From NCBI RefSeq assembly GCF_000150275.1, contig NW_002060969.1:248001-312000 (forward strand): a stretch of 64,000 bases of DNA. The letters are read 5' to 3'. Positions within the stretch are counted from its first letter, which is position 1. Each line of letters begins with the position of its first letter. The position numbers and the translations under genes were made by a program. This DNA comes from Trichoplax adhaerens. Its lineage: Eukaryota; Animalia; Placozoa. Of this stretch, positions 30,624-45,325 are shown in pieces. The notes under the pieces are model-generated. The model did no database searches, was not told the origin of the DNA, and saw nothing but the letters and a program-made list of their open reading frames with translations.

Positions 30624-33600
30624 ATGTCTTCTAGGTTGCGGCCAGGTAGAAGAAAGCGAGCAGAGGCCCCTAGTACTAGCAGTCAGCCACTCAACGAAAA
30701 TACTGAAGCTGTGCAAGATGGAATTATTAACTGGGGAAAACTTAAAAAAATACGTTCTGAAACGTTAACAGCTGCGGACGAATTATTTATTAAAGATATG
30801 TTGAAAGTATTGGTGTAGTATTTAGTGTCATAATCATACAAGATTTTAAAGTAATATGATAAGACTCGATTCACATCGACCCTTATTTTATAATATTTCT
30901 ATTTACTGTATAGATCCAATTTACAGAGAGTGAAATAGAAGCAATTAACATCAAACAAACGACCCTCTTACTGAACGTACTGAAAACATTTGCAAGGGTA
31001 TCAATTACTTGATCGTAAATTTTGTAAAATATAATTTGATATGTATGCATAGTGCTCTAAGTTACTCATGTTTATACTATACGGTGGTTCTATTGGTAGT
31101 ATCAACAACCGTAAAACTCTCACACTCTTTCATTATATACTCGTATTAGAATAAATTGGAAAAAGTTACAGAAACTGAAAGAGAGACTGAGAAATGGATT
31201 AGCAAATTTAGAACTACAGGTTGTGCATTTTGTAGAAGTATTTTTATGAAATTTAAATAGCTAACCAGTGAATACGACATAAAGATTAGCTGTGTTATAA
31301 TCTGCTTATATCGTTACAGAACAGGAATTACTCAAGGAGCTTCATCAACTTGAGAATGAGCGTGATGAAATACAGGTGGTAATACATATGTACAGTAACT
31401 CCTACATCAGTAGGTAGTCTCATGTCCTTTATCATTTATAGCAAGCTACTGTAGCACAAGCGGGAAGTGGTCGCGAATTAATATTGCTTATCAGTGAAAA
31501 AAAAGAATTACAAAGGAAAATTCAGGTTTTATTTAGAATCATTTCCTTATTAAAAAGCTCAGTAGGTTCATTTTAAAGTTTATAAGCTCTGTAATTTGTA
31601 GTCACTTGAACTTAGACTAAGAGAAACAGAGAAACAATCTAATGATTATCAAGAAATCAACAATAGGGTAAACAAGTGATTGATAATTGTAAGATTTCTA
31701 GCTTAAATATTTTTAGGGCTACACGGCTAGCAGTCAATCATACTAGCAGTTAATGTATATGAGCTGATGTATACACATACATATACATGTATGTTTATAT
31801 GAATATATATGTTATACGGATATTGCATACAATATATATATATATATGTGAATAGTTCTGAAATCCTCAGCGAGAATTATCAACTAACAGTTAACCAAAA
31901 TTATCAATACTTTTCAGTTGCAAGAGGATCTCACATTTTCTCAGGATCGAATAACTGAACTCAAGCTTGAAGTAGGTGACTTAGTCATGTAGGACTCTGT
32001 ACTGCCTTTCTCTCGATTTGATACCGTATTTTTACAAGTGTGATAGGCTTCATTCGGATGTCAGAGAGTACCAGCAACAATTGCAAACGCAGGTATAAAA
32101 TCATTTAAATTGCCGAAGCAATGCTTTAAATCATAAGACTGATGTCTAATTATCCAATCTATTTAAATGTGTATATATAAATACACAAAAAATTTATACT
32201 GCTACATACTCGTATAGGGTAATAGTCTGCAGCTGAAACATCATGGAAGTGATATTGAAATCAAAGAAAAAATGAGGACTAGAAACCGTGAACTTTCGCA
32301 AGCTCTCGATGAAAATAACGTAAGCAACTATTAGTACCAGTATAGTCTCTTTGACAAAATTTTTGATCACTTATATATATAGTTAGATAATATGCAAATA
32401 ATTGATATACAGTTTGCTTCTCAAATACTGTTTTTTACGAATCTATATGCTATACTATATTTATATTTCTTAAACGAAAGAGACTGCGCAATGAAAATTT
32501 GGAACTCACTGAAATAATCAGAAAATTAACGAAGCAAGAGGAGCAGTATGTTCAAGAAATGGACAAAACTACAATTAAAATCAATAACTTTAAGGTATTT
32601 CTAGATGCGTGTTCTTGGGTTGCACACGGTCGCTAGTAGATTCCGATCGTGATTATAACCGCTTTAATATTGTTCTTAAATTAAAGTAAACTTTATCTTG
32701 AGTAGGAATCAATACTGAATACTAATGCGCTTCTTGATAAAGCTGCGAAAGAAAGAGATTATTACAAACTAAAGGTTACGTTAAAGCCACATGAACTACA
32801 TGTGCTATTATACTTGGCAGGCTAATCAATATTTTATTAGGATTTAAATTATCATTAAGTATCATTAAGATGCTGTAATACTGAACGATATAGTACAGTA
32901 GACCACTACAGTATGTTATGGAAGCATTGATTGATTACAATTAAAGTTTCGATCTTTTTTTGAATTAATAACGGTTTTTAGAAGATTGTGAAACTTACAG
33001 GATTCATCTATACGATTTAATACAGGTGGAAGAATTATTACAATTTTCCAATAAGAAATCAGACCTAGAGAATGAAGTTATGAAAGCTGTTAGTCTGCGA
33101 GCGAAGGAATGGCAGGTAAATTCATATTAAACCGATAAAACCATGTATGTTTATACTGTGATTGATTATATTACTTTAATATTACTGGAAAGTATCGGTT
33201 AAAAACCATAAAATGAAGTGATAATTAACATACGATCGGCTGTAAATCTGAGATTCAATACATTAAGAATTCACGTACAGAAGCCTAGTATCAGCGAATA
33301 TTGTAATTGCAATGTATCTACTATACGTTGGGTTACAAAGAATGCTTGGAATACAAGAATTTTTTAATTCATCTTTTTAGGATGAGATTAACAAAAAGGA
33401 TGGAGAAGTTTTGAAGTCTGAAACGGTAATTAAAGAACTTCGAGAACAACTAACAGCTTACCAAATGGACACAGATCGTGCATCGGTTACGGCGCTTACG
33501 CAAGCATTGGTAGAAAAGGAACAACAAATTCATACTATGCAGAAGGAAATAACCGTAATGACAGAAGAATTAAACGCAGTTGCAGCCCAAATGGAAGATC

Positions 33601-36600
33601 TAAAAGAAGAAAGGGGTAGCTACCATTGGTAGTGTAGTTTGATTACAGTTCTAAATATTATACATTAAGATTGAAATTGTATTTTATTGAATTAAGGAAG
33701 CGCTTTTCAAGTAAAGCATATTGATCAGATAAACATTTTGCAAAAAACGAATAAAGAATTGGAAAGAAATTTGAAACTTGAGCAAGAACGCTCTAGAAAG
33801 GCCGAGGAAGAGGCTTACGAAAAGGATAAGCAATTAAATGATGCTTTGAGTCGAATGTTGCAATATGAAACGGTAACGACATTTAATTGCTTTTGTATTA
33901 GTCCAATTTGGTAATAGTTGAATTTAATTTTTGCAGGGTGAATACGGTTTGACGGACGCCGTTAAAGAGATTAAAGACTGCAAACAACAAATACGTTTGA
34001 GGGATGCGTAAGTTGATGGGCCCGTAACGTTAAGGTCTTCTTTTTATCTTTTCTTTAAGCTTCAACAATTCTCAACAGAGACATACAAACACTAACTCAA
34101 GACGTAAATAAACTCATGATGGAAATTAATGACATAAATGACGAAAATGAAGAGTTAAGAAGCAGAATTGGCCTTAGCCCAAGAGAGTACGTGAACGTAG
34201 AAGAAATTATGAAGAGAAAGGCGAATCAAAGAGATCAGGAAAAGGCACTAAACAGAGTATTGACAGGAGAGGTAAATTAAAATTAAGCAAAGTGCGTCGT
34301 CTTACCATTCTGACTTTAGTATGTCTTTTTGGTCAAAAATGACAGATTGAACGTCTAGAGGAAGAAAGAATCCAACTGAAGAAGAGATTGCGTTTGCAAG
34401 CAATGCAAGCAATGCAGAAACAAAATTCGTTAGAAGGGTTTGTCCGTTTTAATTATCTTAGAAGATGTATGAGAAATCTAGGATTTACTTTTTGCTGAAA
34501 TGCAACGTTTTAAGGCCTAATACAATAAAAATAAATTATCTTAGATATGAAGTCAATAAATTGTTACCTGATGAGCTATTACCGTCTGAAAAATCAGCAG
34601 AAATAGCTGCGAAATCTTTCAATGATTCTACGACAGAACGAAATCAAGGACAACTCGATTTAACCAGTAAGGTAAATTAGAGCTTTAAATTAGTGATAGT
34701 CTCTTCTCTGTAGTTGTTATTACATTCAGTTATTTAAAATAATATAAAAGTTGATGGTATCGTCGAGGGAAAGGTTATAACGATATAGCGCAAAAGCGTT
34801 TACATTTTTGCCCTATACTGGATTACATGTCGTAACGAAAACTTTCGATTATAATTACAACTATACAATGTCAGTGCTCACAGCAACAACAGGAATTGAT
34901 CACGAATGGACTGCTTATCAAAGAATTAAAATCTAAAACAATTAATTACACCTCTCAGATAAAGGTATCAATTGCTAGTGATTAGACTGCTTTGTCTGAC
35001 TTTCATTGAAATAGACATTAGCAGTCCTTCTGAATTATGCGGTCATTATATTTATCATCAGAAATTAGAAGAAGACTGTGAAATATTATTAACTGCCCTT
35101 AAGGAGTTGTTACAAATAATACGGTCAAACAAACACTGTAAGTAAATTTTAACACAAGTTGAAATACGCTGATTACTATCGTTAACTGTTTGAATAAATA
35201 TAATCTAATTTGCTGATTATATATGATATGTAGCTGAAGAGATTTTAAATCACGATAGTGTTCCTCAAATCCTAAAGGTAACGCGTATGCTTGTATGCAT
35301 GAGTAACTTTAAAAGGCAGTACTTTCTATAAGAATATTTTTGCATACTGACTATGTTACATAGTGACCTCGTTGTTGTGCCATACTGTACAGAGGTTTTC
35401 TCTAGATGTAATATATATAGACCATAGGAAGTATTAGTATGACGAGACGCCGATGTAATTACGGTAACAAATAATAATTAACTATACCAAAACTATCATA
35501 CATCAAATAGTCTTAGTGGATTATATAAGTAAATGCATATGCTGTATATAGGTATCTGTATGGTATATATGGCCATATAATAGATAGCTTTGAAAGTTTT
35601 TAACTGAACTTATGTTATCTATTTAGCTATTAGAAAGTAATAACCTCAAAGACAGTCGTGATTTAGACTCTAAATTTCAGCAATTGCAGGTGACATCAGT
35701 AGGAAAAGACAGGTATAAAATTCAATCTTAATAGGTAACAAATAAATATACTTTTTACTCAACACACCCTTTAGATTGCGCATCTTAATGGGCATGTAGA
35801 AGAGCTTAGAACGCAAGCTGAAAAGATTCATGCTCAAAACAGATCGTTAACCATGCAATGTGACAGGTTGAAGCTAAAAGTATGTACATTTATAGTACAT
35901 AAGAGAGTCTCCTGCTTGTAAAATATGCATTATTCAATCGGTGTGTTAGCAATACGAATACAATATTAAGCTCTTCTATCCACATTGCACAATTAGTATA
36001 CAAATTTGGAGAAGGATTATGCAAGTTTAATGGAAGAAGGTAGACATTTATAAGTGTAGTAACGGTACTATTGTATTTATACATATATTGTAGTAAAACA
36101 TTATAAGATTAAGTAATTAAAGTACTTACAAATTTATATATATTCATTATATATGCATTTTATAAGTTCCATCAAATAAGCAGCGAACGAAGCTCTTTCC
36201 TGAAGGACTATCACGATCATCTACTTCATTAATAGGGACACTATCAGAATATTTATTAATTCTATTGCAGGTCATTGAAATAAACGAAGTATTGAACTGG
36301 AGTCTTACAAAAATATGTGCAATTTTTAAATTTAACAATTTATTAATGTTTCAATTTGTTTTAAACAATATCGATATATATTCACCATACTTTATTGTAG
36401 GAATTATCCTTATGCCAAGGGAGGGAGGAAACTCTACGTATTCGCTTGGATAATTTTAAAAGAATTATACAACTCCATAAAGAAAAGCAGGTTCTTAAGA
36501 TCTAAATAGAGTAGGTTAGAAAATGTAACTATAAAAGTACCAACATAAAACCTACTTACTCTGTTTAGAAAACTCTTTATAAACTTCATCTCGATGAAAA

Positions 36601-39600
36601 GCGAAGCTATAAAACTGTAGTAGATCAGATGAAGATTGAGTTAGAGTTAGCAGAGCGGAAGTTGAAAACTGCTGAAGTTGAATTTAATAGTTTACAGGTG
36701 ACATTATTCTGGTTTTAAACGTTTGCCCTACCACTAAATTAAGATTTATTTCAAATTTTGAATTCGTGTCCATACAAGTAGAAAATAGTGAATGAGCTTC
36801 ATGAAGGAAGCAGCGATAAAACAATTATCCAGCAACAAAGGGAAATTTTAAAACTTCGCATAAACGAAGAAAACAACTTGCGAAACATATCAGTTTTAGA
36901 AAAGCAATTTGAGAATGAAGCAAAGGTTATTACAGTACATTGAATTATTCTATATTAAAATCGTAGCGATTCTTTTGTGTATATTTGACATTCGTATGAA
37001 CAACGTATAAAATATACATCTATCGACTTACGATGAAATAATAAGCAAATAGAAACTTTAAGACGCGAATCTACTTTATATGAAAAATTTACGTTGGACA
37101 GAATTTCTTACTTGCAACGATATAAAGTAAGGCGTGGTGAATGAGTTTTTGGTTATCTCATTAACGTATTATTAAATCCGTTCCTATGCTGTATAACTAA
37201 AATGCAAGTATATAAATATAAATAGGAAAGAGCAAAATACAAAATTAAGCGTCTTACAGACTATTGTTCAAGTGACAACCACATCGAAGACTATGAATTG
37301 CTGAGTCGTCAATATTCGGAACTCATGAACAAATACAGGCACTTATTACAGAAAGATATTACCCGAAAACGTTTAGAAGAAGCGATTGCGGAAGTAGGTT
37401 TATAATAATTAGGTCGAATACCTTTATTTTAATTTTGCAACAGATTTATTAAAGAATCGGTTTTTACGTAATTAGGTGAATGCAAACATAGGCTATAAAC
37501 AAAATGAAGAAATGAGAAGATTAATATATATTCAACGACAGCAAATAAATGAAAATGCCCACATCCTAGACTCCTTGATAGCAGATGGTAAACTACTGAA
37601 AAATTCATACTACTCATAACCTCTGGCAACCTGTCCGAATAGTAGAGTAGGAAAGAAAAATACTGTAAGAAATATTGCTAATGTCATTTGTTTATAGGTC
37701 TACTATCTAAAGCCGAATTTGTTCAAATGAAAGAGAGTGTGGAAACGTATAATGTAACTACAAAACTGACTTCTGTGGAAAACAAAGTAATTTAAGGCAT
37801 TGAGGGTTTAAGCGATAAATCAATTCAAGAAACCAAGCAACTACATTAATAAAATTTTTTTGTTTAGCTTCAAACAGAAACTCAGCGGTCTGACTTCCTA
37901 GATGCACAAAATAGAAAACTGAAACAAATGGTTGATTTACTCGAAAAAAGAAATTGCAATTTAGAACAAGAACTGGAAGAAGTAAAATGCGGCATTACAG
38001 CGCTTTAAGTCTACACTATTGTATACTGTATATTGTATAGTATACTATTGATTAGTTTACTCTTTCGTACAGTGGCATGTCACAATTAATATCCATAAAT
38101 TCAAAGATGGATGTTATTTTAAGGTTTGCCTTTCGGTTACAGGTATCACAATTGAACCTAAAGTTACGAATTAATATCGAGAGCTCAGAAAAAGATGCAT
38201 GTAATGTTCACTATTTACTAATAGTAGTTAGATAGAACTTACTGTAGGTGTTCAACTTACGCGTGTAATGTGAGGCATGTTATTTAGATTAATAAAATAA
38301 TCTGTCCGAGCTATTGGAATGACTTATTCTATTCCATTTCTGCAAAAAATTGCACACTAATTTGCTGAACAGTGAATCTTAATGAGCCGCTACCAGGAAA
38401 TCGCGAAAAAGTAGAAAGCATAGAGTTAGCTGAATGCAAGCTTAAAGATGAAATTATTCGTCTAAGAAACGAAGTTGAGATAGCAAACAACCAAACCGAA
38501 TGTATGAAGACTTTATATACTGCAAGTCAAGCCGATTTATCGTCTCTTCAAAAACAACTTCGTGATGGAATCCAATTTAGTGATGATAAAGCTTTAATAG
38601 GTTTAATTATGTAATATATCGTTGGCCTGCTAATTCTTTAGAACTTCGTAATCTTGATTTATGCCGATAATAAAATATTAATCATTCTTTTCTGTTAAAT
38701 TCTAGCCAAATTATATCATCAACTTTCAACCGTACAACTAAGCGACGCTGTTACAAATAAGAAATTAGAAACGATGCAGCAGAGAGTAAACTTGATTTAC
38801 CTTTAAACTGGTTAACCAGTTGTGAGTCTTTTAATAGTCATCTTTATAAAAATGTAATTATTGATCAACAGATATCAAAGTCGGAAGGAAAAATTTTAGT
38901 GCTTGAAAAATCTCTTGACGATAAAGATGATGTAATAACTACTATGCAACGTACTTTTAAAAGAAAGCTAGCATTTTACAGAAAACGAATAGTAGTAAGT
39001 TACCCTAGAATTTTGTCAGTGGCTTTTCGTGCCAACTGTTAATTCCTTTCATTAATTAATTTAAAAGGATATGAAAAAAAACGCAGGTTCAGTTTCGATG
39101 CAAAAACTAGAACAGCTTCATGAAACATTGGATTCAACTATACAGGAGAAGGTTACCTTTAGAAAACAGCTACAGAATGTCAGTATATTGGCTTCTTCAT
39201 GACACTTCATGTCCTGTAAAAAACTTTCCGGTTTTTGTAATATTAGTCGTAATTTATTGTAGGAATTAGAAGCAAATAAGCAATTAGAAGAAAAAATTGA
39301 AGAATTAAACATAAAATGTTCACTGCTTCCTGAAATTGGGAGTAATGATCGTGCATTTGATAAAGTACGGCTACGGCTATTTGCGTATTATTATAATGTA
39401 ACAATTAAGTTAAGATAGCCAAGTTATCAAAATGAAATTTGTAACGCACCCACTTAACACAGCTCCGAAAAACTGATATCCATATTTTTCATTTATTTTA
39501 CAAGGTAAATAAGTTGAACAATATTATAACAGAATTACGGCTAAATGAGTTTAAGCAGACTAGAGTGCTTGATGTTCTACAAAAAAAGGTATCTGTGATG

Positions 39601-42600
39601 GAAATCGGAATAATAGAAATAACATAGAGGCTTAAACGGCAAAGCTTATTCTTGCTTTATTGGTTTCGACACAAGAATTAGTTTTTTCGAAAATCTAACA
39701 TTCTATTGCTGTGTGAACCCTTTTGTATCTACTCTTAACTTATCTAGCATATTATACTGTACTGTACTGTATATTGTGAGCTATCTGAGAATATTTGTCA
39801 TAATTATGTCATTAATTGTATTACAATATAAATACATAGTTCGAGACAATGCTAAGAGCCATACTAGAGCAAATGATATTTAGTCTACTTTAACTAATTC
39901 AAGACAATATCTGTAAAAAATTTCTTTTTGTGCGCATCATTAAAATTTGGATATTTTCGGAATAATTTGTGAACAGGATGCATACCAATGCAAATTACTC
40001 GAAGACAACGAAAAGCAATTAGTTAAGATGGGTGAAGAAAAAGCAGAACTTCAAAATGTTAGTTTATTGGCTTTACAAAGCGTATATTGAAATGTGTTAA
40101 ATGCAAATATTTTAAACGGTTTTGTTTATAGCTTTATTAAAGGAATTCATGTAGTAACGATCACTAAATAAATTTATGTAATCCTGTAGTATATTAATAT
40201 ACTTTTAGCGTTAGCTTGCTGCTATTCATACATTATGTAATGTGGCATTTTAATTGTTCGCTTGGAAAAACAGAAACTTCAATATGTTTGGCTTGAATAT
40301 GAAGATCGTGAAATTGCTTTGGAAAATAAAATTCAATCGTTGGAAAGCAGGATAGAATCCTCTAACGAAGCAGCAGTACATATGCATGAAGAATCAGCTA
40401 TATTAAAGATTGATAGATCCAAGCCTATCTCAGAACAATTAGATCTTGCCTTGAGACAATCTAAGAATTATATTACCATTATTTTACAGTTGAAATCTCA
40501 ACTAAAGTCACAAAAGAAGGTATGAATGTTGCAACAGTAACAGTAAATTTATTAAATCGAAGTAATTACTTGACACGAAACGTAACTTACTTTTTGAAGG
40601 AATTCGATACTTTAACAAAAGATATGAAAGCGTGTAACGAGAAGTTACTTCAAAAAGAACAGGTAATTTAGGGAGAGTTTTGAGAAGACAACTATTAAAT
40701 ATTGTCGTAACCAAGAAGATAACTCCAGTATTTTAATGAGATTTAATTGATTTGAAAATTAATTAAAAGTTTTGTCCCGTAGGAATTAAATGAAATTCGA
40801 TTACAATTTCCATCGAATTACCGTACTTCCAACTCAAGATCAGGTAACAAAAACGACAAAGAACTAGATATACAGCAAAATTCCGAAATAAATCCAGCCA
40901 TAGAAACGATATCTGCCTTGCAGGTGAGCTATTTCTTTTAAGTGGTATGTTGGCAAGAGCTTAACTGTGAGGTATCTTATTTATCTGAAGACACTATTGA
41001 AACAGAAAGATATAACGATCGAAAAATATAAAAATAAACTGAAAATGATTAGAGAGGTAAGAAATACTTGGTTTACAAAGTGTTCTTCACAAATCCGTTA
41101 CAATCAATTTCAACTATTTCTTTTAGGGTAGAGAGAATAACAGTAGTATTTCCCATACCGACTCGAATCCGCAGGAAAATTTTAAATCACCTTTAAACTT
41201 GCAATTTGACGTAAGCCTGTTAAAACTGTTAAATTTTTTTAAATAAAACTTTATATAAGACTTATTTAATATTCTTATTTTTTGCGTCAGCCTGAAAAAC
41301 CTTTTACTAGTGATCAAAAGCAGGTAACTATGTTATAATCTATGCGTAAATTATAGTAAATAAAAACGCTTTAACGCATATGGAATATACAAATTGAGAT
41401 AGGAAGACACAATACTTCAACAAGAAGATTCTCTGAAAAGAATGTCAGAACGCTTATCAACTGCACTCAATGAACTGTCAAACCTTAAAGTAGAAATGAA
41501 TCAGAGCCGTGCTGCTTACGAAAAAAAAATCAAAGAGTAAGATTAAAGTAGTACATGTACAGATATATTATTAACTGCACATAAAACTGCTACAATATTT
41601 TTCGTAAAATTTTAGCAATATTCTAATATGATTAGATTATCAGATATATGGTCAGAGCTACTTCGATGTATGATTTAATGCAAATAACAATATGCCACTT
41701 TCACATTTTGTAGTACACAGAAGGACTATGAAATGAAAATATCGGAACTAGAAGAAATTTTACAAAGAAAAGATGTTGCTTTAAGATCTAGAATACAAGA
41801 AATAGAATTGTTGAAAGGAGAGGTTAGCAGATTAAAAGCCGTGGATGCATCCCAGAAGGCAAAAGACATGATAGATAAACTCCGAAAGGAAATTATTACA
41901 AAGGAAAAACAGTTAAAGGTGGTGCACCTAAATTAATTATATATTTTACTAGCGATAAATGTAAGGGTAAGAAGTTAATATTGATAATATACGTATGTAC
42001 ATGAATAAGCAAAACTTTTGCATTAAAATTTTAGTCTCTCAGCAAGGCACTGATGGAACTAAAGCATGAATTAGTTACCTCTTCCGAAAACGACGCAAAA
42101 TCGTCACCGGTAGAAAGTACTAATGTACAGCAGTTAATTGAACGTGAAACCATGCCATTAAAAGAGCAAATTGAAGATAAAAATAAAAAAATTATCCATT
42201 ATAAGAAATTATTGAAAGATAAACAAGAAACTGAAGTGCTCTTAAATTCTGAATTAAGAAAGTACCTGGAGGTATCGTATAATTTTAAAATGTAGGTAAT
42301 GTAAACTTTAAAAAATTAACTATAATTAAAGAATGGTCAAACTTCATTTAGCAATGCAAGTCAAAGGATTCTATGATTGAAAGGCTTCGAAAACATGGGC
42401 AAATTAAAGCAGACTTTAAAACTAAACAGGTTACGTCAAATATGCTCTGTAGTCGACTGCTTAGCTTTTTTGTCGAGCGAAGAAAAATATTTTAGTGGTC
42501 TTGCTCTATCTCTTTTTCGAAAAGTGGAAAATTTGCTATTATTTTGTTTATAGAAAAAGTCTGATCAAGATGAAAGCCCAGACGCCGTCGGAACTTTAAG

Positions 42601-44081
42601 ATCAAACTTTGTTAGTGAAACCGATGCAGCTGTAAGTCTTAAATTTAAGAATACTTTAAAGAATAAAGCATGGTAAAAACGAACTTAGTTTAAAAATTTA
42701 ATGGTTTCTCAGGTTTTGAAAAAAAATCGGGATTATTGGGAGGATAATAAAAACTTGCAGAAGCGAGTTGATAAATTAAAACTAAAACTCGATGAAAAAG
42801 ACTTTGAATTAAAAGCGGTTATTAAACGAAACGAAATGCTAACTGAAGCATTTAATAGGTAGCGTAATCTTAATTGAAATCGTCGAGCATTTTTATTTAA
42901 AAAGTAATTCTTACGAAACAATACAGCAATTTTTTTTTTTATTCTAAGAATAAATCGTGAACGATCCGTAAAATTATCCAGTAAAGATCAAAATAAAGAA
43001 ATATCGTTACTGCGAACCACCCAGCCGAATAATTCAGCATTTACGTACGCCATTTATGCGTAGGAGAAACCAATTTTATGCTATAATGATATGTGCATCA
43101 CTTGGAAAACATTAACTTGAAATTTTGAAATGTATAATATTAGACCAGAACCAAATGAGAACTCTAATAAGGCTATCAACTCAATGAAAAGGATAATTCA
43201 AAAGCTGCAGTCTGAAAATGCATTTCTGAGAACTAGATTAGAAAATCATGAAATAACTTCGGTATAAAAGCTTACCTATTCATGCTGTGCTCGTCATAAA
43301 ATTAAACGATTAGTTAGGGTTAGCGTTACGACGAGTCTGCTACAATGTTATATTATTTCAGACTACTACGAATATTTCTTCGCCGACTGTAAGCCCTAAA
43401 AAACTGGAAAATTCTTCTTCAGTAGCAAAAATTGTTGGAGAGAACAATTCTTTAAGAGTTGACAAAAAAAAGGTTACTCATATCTTTAAAATAATACTCT
43501 CATCAAACAAAAGTGAATAATTTCTTTAATAAGATTCTTAGCTGTTGTCAGTTTTTATTGGATATCATCAGATTTTTAAAAATGAAAATATAGCTTAGAA
43601 CGAATTTTTCATCATAGAAAAATACTATAAATGTTATCTCGGAGTTTGAGTCACATTGAATTCAAATTTGAAAATTAAAAAAATTTTTTAATATATTATT
43701 TGCGAAATTTATTTTATTAAAAGGAGGTATTAGTGAAATGTCAGTGCTTTATATCGTTATTTAATATATCATTACCGTTACTACTATGTGTATGAATTGA
43801 TACAGTCAATTAATTCAATTGAAGAGAAAATTTTTTTCTGGAAATAGCTCCAAGAAAAATGTACGAGATTATCAGTAGAAATTGGCAGATTAAACGTTGA
43901 AAGAGAAGAACTCCAAAATGATTTGAAGCGAATCGTAAGATGAAAGAAATTCTTCGTTAACATGCAACACTTAAAAACTTTGATATAAATTATAATAAAT
44001 ACATTTTTGTTTCACTTTTACCAGAAAACAAGATTATTCGATCAAAACAATTTTGGTCGATCAGGAACCAAAAATGCCTAG
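30624..44081 (+). CDS. CEP290: Centrosomal protein 290 (ciliary transition-zone scaffold); about 55-60 short coiled-coil exons
   Basis: Diagnostic segments: N-terminal INWGKLKKI, YETGEYGLTDAVKEIKDCKQQIRLRD, IERLEEERIQLK, PEGLSRSSTSLIGTLSEYLLILLQ, FSDDKALIAKLYHQL, WLEYEDREIALE and MKRIIQKLQSEN. Last exon KTRLFDQNNFGRSGTKNA* (TAG 44079-44081). Confidence 0.9.
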
Positions 44082-44309
44082 TAAATCAGATTTGTAATCT
44101 ATCTGAATAGCCTGGCTATATGACTGTACAGCTACTTTGGATGTATTCGTAATACAGAAAAATTTTTTCGTACGACTTCTTTTAGATTAAAAAAGTATTT
44201 AAGAAAGTACACCTTTTACGTCAGTAATTTCTAAAAATTTCTCGCTTATACTGTAACTGATTAAATACAATTAACTTTCATTTCATTTATACATAGTTAA
44301 TTCTAATTT

Positions 44310-45325
44310 TAATAACAGTTATGACATCGCCGTCAACATGTTTATTTTCTGATCATTTCAGAATTTTGACCAACTATTACAAATTAATATTTTCTAGTAT
44401 TGATATTGCTACGTTTTTAATATCAAATTTAAGCAAGCATCAGCATTTACAGAAAGCATTTATGACAGAAAATTTTAAGGTACGAGTACATGTACGCATC
44501 GTATCTTAGTTTTAAGGCTTTAACGTATCTCAATTTTATTCAAAGTTGACATTAAGCACTTAAGGTGACAACACTCGAATATTTCCTAATAGCCATTTAA
44601 TTCTCGTATGTAGAAGTTTCTATAATCATCTCAATTATTAAAATTCTTATAAAAGCCAGTTTTATCTCAATTTGATGCAATTTTTTAAATTTATAGCTTT
44701 CCGTAGTAGTATCTTGAGACTTACATTAATGATTTTCTATTTTATTTATTTACATATAATGGAGACACAGTATCGTACGTATGACATCAACGGTTCATGC
44801 AGGGTATGCCAACGAGTGTTGCTTTTTTAGGATTTACAGGCTGATCACGATTTCCTTTGAAGGATCAGTGATGGTGTTAGTAGTACTGAAAAGACTAGCT
44901 TGTTTCTAAAAGTTGACAGGACATAATTTTAAAGTAAACTGTTTAATGATTAATGGAAGTACCTATTCACTGTTCTGAAAGTAGCCTTCAATTCTCGACT
45001 TCTGGTATAAATGGAGAAATTATAGACTTATTACAATCTCTCGAATAATTCCGTCAATACTTGCGTTCGTCTTTATCGATGATAAAACCGCAATAAATAG
45101 TAATGCTTATTAGACCATTACCACAAAATCTTCGTAAAACTCTGGATTGATAGTCTTTGTAAGTTGTAGTTCTTTAGATTTCTATTTTCTCTGGCAAGAT
45201 GAATCAAAGCGTAGGTGTCTAGCTGGTTAGTCCAAACGTTCGGAAGTTTTGATGCTCGAACTATGGTTACCTTTTGGTATTATTCCGCATATTCATATTG
45301 AACATAGAATGTCGTATTTTCCATC
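44310..45325 (-). pseudogene. Decayed synaptotagmin-family gene (C2A clearly recognisable, C2B remnant weaker)
   Basis: Conceptual translation across stops and frameshifts at 45322-44963: TFYVQYEYAE*YQKVTIVRASKLPNVWTNQLDTYALIH/LPEKIEI*RTTT/TKTINPEFYEDFVVMV**…LRF/IIDKDER/SIDGIIREIVISL. This follows the C2A strand order. A GT donor at 44962 matches the post-C2A intron of both intact Syt genes. A weak C2B-like stretch FDIK…LENINL lies near 44380-44430. Confidence 0.7.
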
